A stretch of DNA of 56,481 nt from Thraustochytrium aureum (lineage: Eukaryota), in the NCBI GenBank assembly GCA_012862495.1, contig BLSG01000091.1:21675-78155 (forward strand). The letters run 5' to 3'. Under the pieces are notes generated by a model. The model did not search any database, was not told where the DNA came from, and saw only the letters and a list, made by a program, of their open reading frames with translations. Made by a program: the position numbers and the translations under genes. Of this stretch, positions 51,232-56,481 are shown one piece after another (within the stretch, counting starts at the first letter, position 1; each line of letters starts with the position of its first letter).

Positions 51232-51991
51232 CTACGCCGCATTGGCTCCCCCCACTTGGCCATGTACCGAGGCGGCTTGGTCGTTGGCCAAGCCACCATC
51301 CTCCAGGGCATCTTGGTCGTATTCGAAGACGTCTTCCGTCTCTGGAAGGACTCGGTTGACATCATCAAGTCGTCGATCACCTTCTTCAGCGGCCGAGTCC
51401 TCGTACGAGCCGCTGTACGAGCCGCTGTAGGAACCGCTGTAGGAACCGCTGTACATGTCAACGACGGGGCTTGAAGAAGGGGCTCTGCGTGCCTTCTATG
51501 GGCCTCGAGGTCGGCGACGTGGAAGGCCTTGACGTTTTTGGTGACCTGGTGGGGCGCGCCGTCGGCGTCGTGGTCGGGTGGCGCGTTGGCCGGTCCGAGG
51601 GCGGCATTGTTGGACGACGAGTCGGCAGGGCTTTGGTTGGGCGCGGCGTCGGCGGATTCGTCGGCTTGCGCGTAGGTTTTACAATGGGCGCCCTGGTCGG
51701 GCGCTCGGTTGTCTCGACAGGCGATCTGGTGGGACGCGGGGTTTTCGCTGGCCGGACGGCACGCGGCGGCGTCGGAGCCTTTGTTGGGCGGCTGGTGGTT
51801 GGCTTTCGCGTGGGCCGCGGCGTGGGCGCCCGTGTCGGTCTCTGTGTCACTGGGCCTCTAGTCGGGCGCGGCGTCGGCGATCGAGTTGGGCGCCGCGTTC
51901 TTAGCGCCGCTCCGGCCTCGTTGCAATGCAGCAGGAGAGCCAGGACAACGATGGTGATCGCGGCTAGCCAGGCTCGGCGAGCCATCATCAT
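51232..51991 (-). CDS. Secreted Pro/Thr/Arg-rich repeat protein with YSGS repeats and an acidic tail
   Basis: Signal peptide MMMARRAWLAAITIVVLALLLHCNEAGA; many RPTRxPT-type repeats. An extra C at ~51480 joins it to the frame VVDMYSGSYSGSYSGSYSGSYEDSAAEEGDRRLDD...ANAA* (51232). Confidence 0.72.
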
Positions 51992-52759
51992 GGGTTCGCA
52001 CCGGTCCGTTTGGAAGCCTGGAGGAGCGCGTTTCGATTGGGATCTGTTACAACCTCGAGGCAGCTCCAACCAGCAAGTTTGCAACCACATCTCGACGCCG
52101 CAAGGAGAGCGAAATTGACCATGCCACGCCTCGACGGTGCAAGGAGGAGGCTCTTGTTCATCCTGTCGCGTCAACCCCCGGATTGCGCCGAATCTGGGCG
52201 CCCATCAGGCCAGGGAGGCCGTTTTTCGAGCCAGAAGGAGCACGGCACACGTCTGCCTAACCCAACTATGTATCGCAGCTACCGCTCCAGCCTCGCGCTG
52301 CGCGTGCCTGCGCGAGCGCTAACGGCTGTACTCGTTTGTTGCATTGCTCATCTACCCAATTGAATCCGAGCGTACTGATGAGTACTCCACACAGTAAGGT
52401 AGGTGTGGATACGCGCGCCGGCAGGCGTTGCCGCCCTGCCCCGCCAAAACAACCCACAGTGACCCCGCCATAGAGGTACGAGTGTCACTCTGCAGTTGGC
52501 ATGGCTGGCTCGGCTTTTGAAGTTCGACGAGCAAAATGACAACAACTGCAGTCGTTCGTTTCTGTAGCAACGGGCGGGGGTCAATTGTAGAGCACTCATG
52601 ATCTGAGGTCAGAGTCTCCAATGATAGTCGGTGCGGTTCGAGTTGGTCCTGCTGGGCACCGTTTGTAGGAGAGTGGGTACTCGATCGACCAAACGCGAAC
52701 TCCGCCGAGTCGAAGGAAAGCGAATGCAAAAGCATTTCTTCGCCAGCATGAGGCACACC

Positions 52760-54906
52760 TCACATCGGCAAAGCAAAGCCGGGTTCTGAACCGATGGGAG
52801 TACGACCCACTTGCCCCAGCCATGTCCGCACGTATCCTTCCTCCCTCGCGCGGGCTTGAAGAACACATTTGGGGTCCTCTGGATGCGAAAACATGAAATC
52901 GGTGTGATGCGCCCCTTGATCGATGACTACCGCCGCGATGGAAGCCGACTGGTCGTGCAGCACACCCGCGCCGCTCCATGGGTCATAGAGGCCGTTAGAG
53001 AAGACAATGTTGCTCGCATACGTACCGAGGTCCCGGCCCATGTACTGCGCAAAGGCAGAGTGGCCAAGCGGATCGAGGAGGGACTTTGATGCAGTGACGC
53101 CTGGGCCTGCCGTCTCGCAGAACGCAAGGCGGTCGGCTCGCGAAACAATGTCGTCGTAGGACTCGTTGCGGGCCACGTCTGGCGGCCAGAACATGTCGTT
53201 CCCAGCCCCCTGCGACGAGGGTTAGGTCGCTTTCGGATCAGGCTTTATTGACTTTGGTTTGGTGGCACAGCAAACCAGCGACCTCTACTCGACTTACCCG
53301 CACTGTGTCCTGGACCAGCGAAATGCCCTCGTTGCAGACAATGGCCCCCCAGGCGTCGAGCATCGGGACCGTGTCGAAATCGCAGCGTGGCTCCTCCCCG
53401 TTACTCGCAACGCGACCACCAACAGCGGGCCTCGCGCGCGCGGCCTGAGCTGTGCGCGCAATCTTGGGAGACCGTGCGAGGACGTTGTCCATAGGAGCGA
53501 GCTCGAGACACTCTGCCTCGCCGGTGACGTTGTACAGCATGGCGTAGACTTGGCGAACGCCGCTCACGAGCTCGCGAACCGAGTCGGCCTCGAGCAGGCG
53601 GCCTAGCGGCTCGAGGCCGCTGCGGGCCGACGCGCGGTCCCAGTCGACTTGGACCTCCAGCGCGGCGTTCGACGGCTCGCCGAGAGCGTACCGTGCAGAA
53701 AAGCGAACAGAAGAGCGGTCCCCAGTGATCGACATCCTGGCCTTTGGCTGGCGCACGATCTGGCACGCTCGGCGCATGGGCCAAGGCGGGAGCGGAAACC
53801 CGCGGCGACCAAGGATCGAAAACACGATGTAGTCACTCGCGAAGGGAAAGTTGGACTCGGCCAGCAAAAAGGCACGTCTTGCAGGGCCCGGACGACGCTT
53901 GGCGCGTTCTGCTCGGTGATTGGTTGGCATGATCGTAGCTCACGGGTCAGAAACTCGCGCGCCTGGGGCCCCGCGCGCGACAAGGTCTGAACCAGCACCC
54001 AGGCAGCTAGAAAGCTGTCGTGGCACTGCGGGTCCGCAGAGCCGGAGGTTGTTTCGGCGCCGTGGGAGATGGCGCGGTAGGACCCGTCCAGGGGTGGCTT
54101 GCTGGACGCAAAGCCCCAGACGGGCGCCGACCCAGCGATTGCGCCGCCCGTGCAAACGTGCGGATACTTGATGCGAAACCAGGCCGCGAGCATACCCCCT
54201 GTGGGCCCGCCGGGGCGGTGTGGCGGGCGGGTTAGCGGGGAGGCGCTTCTTCTTGTAGCGCACGCGGGTGGGCTGCCACCAAACGCAAAGCAAACGTCAA
54301 ACATACCGTACGAGCCGCCGAACGCGACAACCTTGGCATCGGCGCGCAGCCCAATGCGTGCTTTGAGCAGCGGCAGGAGCATGGCATAGTCAGCGAGCGC
54401 CTGCGAAGGCGTGACGTACTTGAGGCAGCCAGCTGCGTGCGAGCAAGCGTTCGCAAAGGTAGGCCATTGACCACCGTGTCAGCAATCCCGTCGAGGCCGG
54501 CCAGTGGCATCGATTTGGCTCGAAAAAACGTACGAATGCCTCGGAGCGGGGGGACGGACTCGCCAAAGTACCTGTGCTCGGCGAAGGCCAGGACCGCGTT
54601 CAGCTTGCGGCCCAGGTCCCACATGAGGCCTGTGTTGTTTACGTATAGGTCCACCGGGCCCTCGTTCCCCGTGTAGAACAGCACTGCGTCCGTTCGCGAG
54701 CTGGGAGGTGCCTGCCGCCAAAACTTGTCGTACACGCAGACCCTCTGCCTGAACGAGCTCTGTACGCCGTTAAAGTGATCCAGCGGTTGCTCGAACCATT
54801 GCATCGTGCAGTTGCCAACATCGGGCCGCGGGCCCGCCCCGGACGGCCAGGCCTCCCCAAGCGCGAAACCAAGTGCAACAAGCACCAAAACCCCTGCCAG
54901 CGCCAT
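52760..54906 (-). CDS. PRCP: Lysosomal Pro-X carboxypeptidase (serine peptidase family S28)
   Basis: Signal peptide; QPLDHF, FYTGNEG, AEHRYFGES, QALADY, GGSYGGMLAAW (Ser), NGLYDPW (Asp), GAHH (His). Introns 54433-54533, 54199-54306 and 53210-53297; one indel at ~53868. Confidence 0.92.
53210..53297 (-). other. Spliceosomal intron, 88 nt
   Basis: GTAAGT...CCTAAC...GCAG; joins QDTVR|GAGNDMFWPP. Confidence 0.88.
54199..54306 (-). other. Spliceosomal intron, 108 nt
   Basis: GTATGT...GCTAAC...ACAG; restores the nucleophile motif GGSYG|GML. The intron is in frame, so the ORF track reads through it. Confidence 0.88.
54433..54533 (-). other. Spliceosomal intron, 101 nt
   Basis: GTACGT...GCAG; joins LRGI(P)GCLKYVTPSQALADY. 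Confidence 0.85.
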
Positions 54907-55565
54907 GGCGGCGGCTCAGCGAGCTTGGGCAATCCACCACGCAGGCGTCGTGGAGCGCAACGTTTATTCGACAGCAGCTTTGNNNNNNNNNNNNNNNNNN
55001 NNNNNNNNNNNNNNNNNNNNNNNNNNNNNNNNNNNNNNNNNNNNNNNNNNNNNNNNNNNNNNNNNNNNNNNNNNNNNNNNNNNNNNNNNNNNNNNNNNNN
55101 NNNNNNNNNNNNNNNNNNNNNNNNNNNNNNNNNNNNNNNNNNNNNNNNNNNNNNNNNNNNNNNNNNNNNNNNNNNNNNNNNNNNNNNNNNNNNNNNNNNN
55201 NNNNNNNNNNNNNNNNNNNNNNNNNNNNNNNNNNNNNNNNNNNNNNNNNNNNNNNNNNNNNNNNNNNNNNNNNNNNNNNNNNNNNNNNNNNNNNNNNNNN
55301 NNNNNNNNNNNNNNNNNNNNNNNNNNNNNNNNNNNNNNNNNNNNNNNNNNNNNNNNNNNNNNNNNNNNNNNNNNNNNNNNNNNNNNNNNNNNNNNNNNNN
55401 NNNNNNNNNNNNNNNNNNNNNNNNNNNNNNNNNNNNNNNNNNNNNNNNNNNNNNNNNNNNNNNNNNNNNNNNNNNNNNNNNNNNNNNNNNNNNNNNNNNN
55501 NNNNNNNNNNNNNNNNNNNNNNNNNNNNNNNNNNNNNNNNNNNNNNNNNNNNNNNNNNNNNNNNG

Positions 55566-56481
55566 AAGTTTAGTCAGTGCTTTGGCGAGAAAACTGCGCT
55601 GGAAGACCTGAACGAGGCGGATATCATCTCGGCGGTCGAGTTTGACAAGTCGGGGAGCTTCCTGGCGACCGGGGACAAGGGCGGGCGCGTGGTGGTGTTT
55701 GAACTAGATGGGCAAAACTGCGCCAAGAGCATCGCGGAGGCGGTCGGCAAAAACAGGCGGCCGCTGCAAGCCCCCCTCGAGTACAAGTTCCAGTGCGAGT
55801 TTCAGAGCCACGAGCCCGAGTTCGACTACTTGAAGTCGCTGGAGATAGAGGAGAAGATCAACAAGATCCGCTGGTGCCGCCCCTCCAACGACGCCCTCTT
55901 CCTCCTCTCGACCAACGACAAGACGATCAAGTTGTGGAAGGTGTTCGAGAAGGAGGTCAAGTCGGTGCAAAACTTTAATGTGCCTGGCGGCCGCGGCGCG
56001 GTGCCCTTTGCACGGCACGGCGACAAGGCCGGGGCGAAGGGCGACGAGGAAAACACGGTCATGGTCGAGGAGCAGGGCAAAGAGCAGGAGCCCGCGTTCC
56101 ACCGCACAGTCCGCATCCCGCGCCTCGAAGTGCCCACGCTCAAGAAGGAGAGCGCGGTGATGACGGCGGCCCCGCGCCGCGTCTTCTCGAACGCGCACGC
56201 GTACCACATCAACTCGGTGTCTGTAAATAGCGACGGGGAGACCTTCTTGTCGGCGGACGACCTGCGCATCAACCTCTGGAACCTGGACATCAACAACCAG
56301 TCGTACAACATCGTCGACATAAAGCCGGCCAACATGGAGGAGCTCGCCGAGGTGATCACGGCGGCCGAGTTCCACCCCTCGCACTGCAACCTGTTCATGT
56401 ACAGCAGCAGTCGCGGCAGCATCCGGCTCGGCGACATGCGGGCCAACGCGCTCTGCGACGTGCACGCCAAGACCTTTGAGG
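55566..56481 (+). CDS. PPP2R2: PP2A regulatory subunit B55 (CDC55/PPP2R2), partial; absent from the ORF track because it is open at both ends
   Basis: KFSQCFG...[104 protein letters not shown]. Confidence 0.97.

Noticed and set aside
55704..56470. Minus-strand ORFs of 253 and 214 aa
   Set aside because: Antisense shadows of the highly conserved PP2A B55 gene on the plus strand.

Overview
GC-rich, gene-dense, intron-poor eukaryotic nuclear DNA from a draft scaffold with 15 N-gaps. Short GT-AG introns, GCAG/GCTT microsatellites and the gene content suggest a heterotrophic stramenopile such as a thraustochytrid (inference only). About 19 protein genes are supported: proline dehydrogenase (3' end), a large uncharacterised internally duplicated protein with two Dpy-30/RIIa-like motifs, an ABM+ThuA-like fusion, a TLC-domain protein, a type I glutaminyl cyclase, a ~3,900-aa VPS13-like protein, a Cx3C-rich membrane protein, an SMN-like protein, a membrane-anchored 2xWSC pectin lyase, a C-CAP-like protein, GatA, PUM3/Puf6, a TYW3-Kelch-TYW2-TYW5 wybutosine-synthesis fusion, two DEAD-box helicases, a polytopic GDPD, a secreted Pro/Thr/Arg-repeat protein, an S28 prolylcarboxypeptidase and PP2A B55. 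Many genes are split in the ORF track by single-base indels at homopolymer runs, most likely sequencing errors. No RNA genes, mobile elements or CRISPR arrays were recognised. The most notable items are the four-module TYW fusion and several unusual domain architectures. All family calls come from motif recognition by eye; no database search was run.
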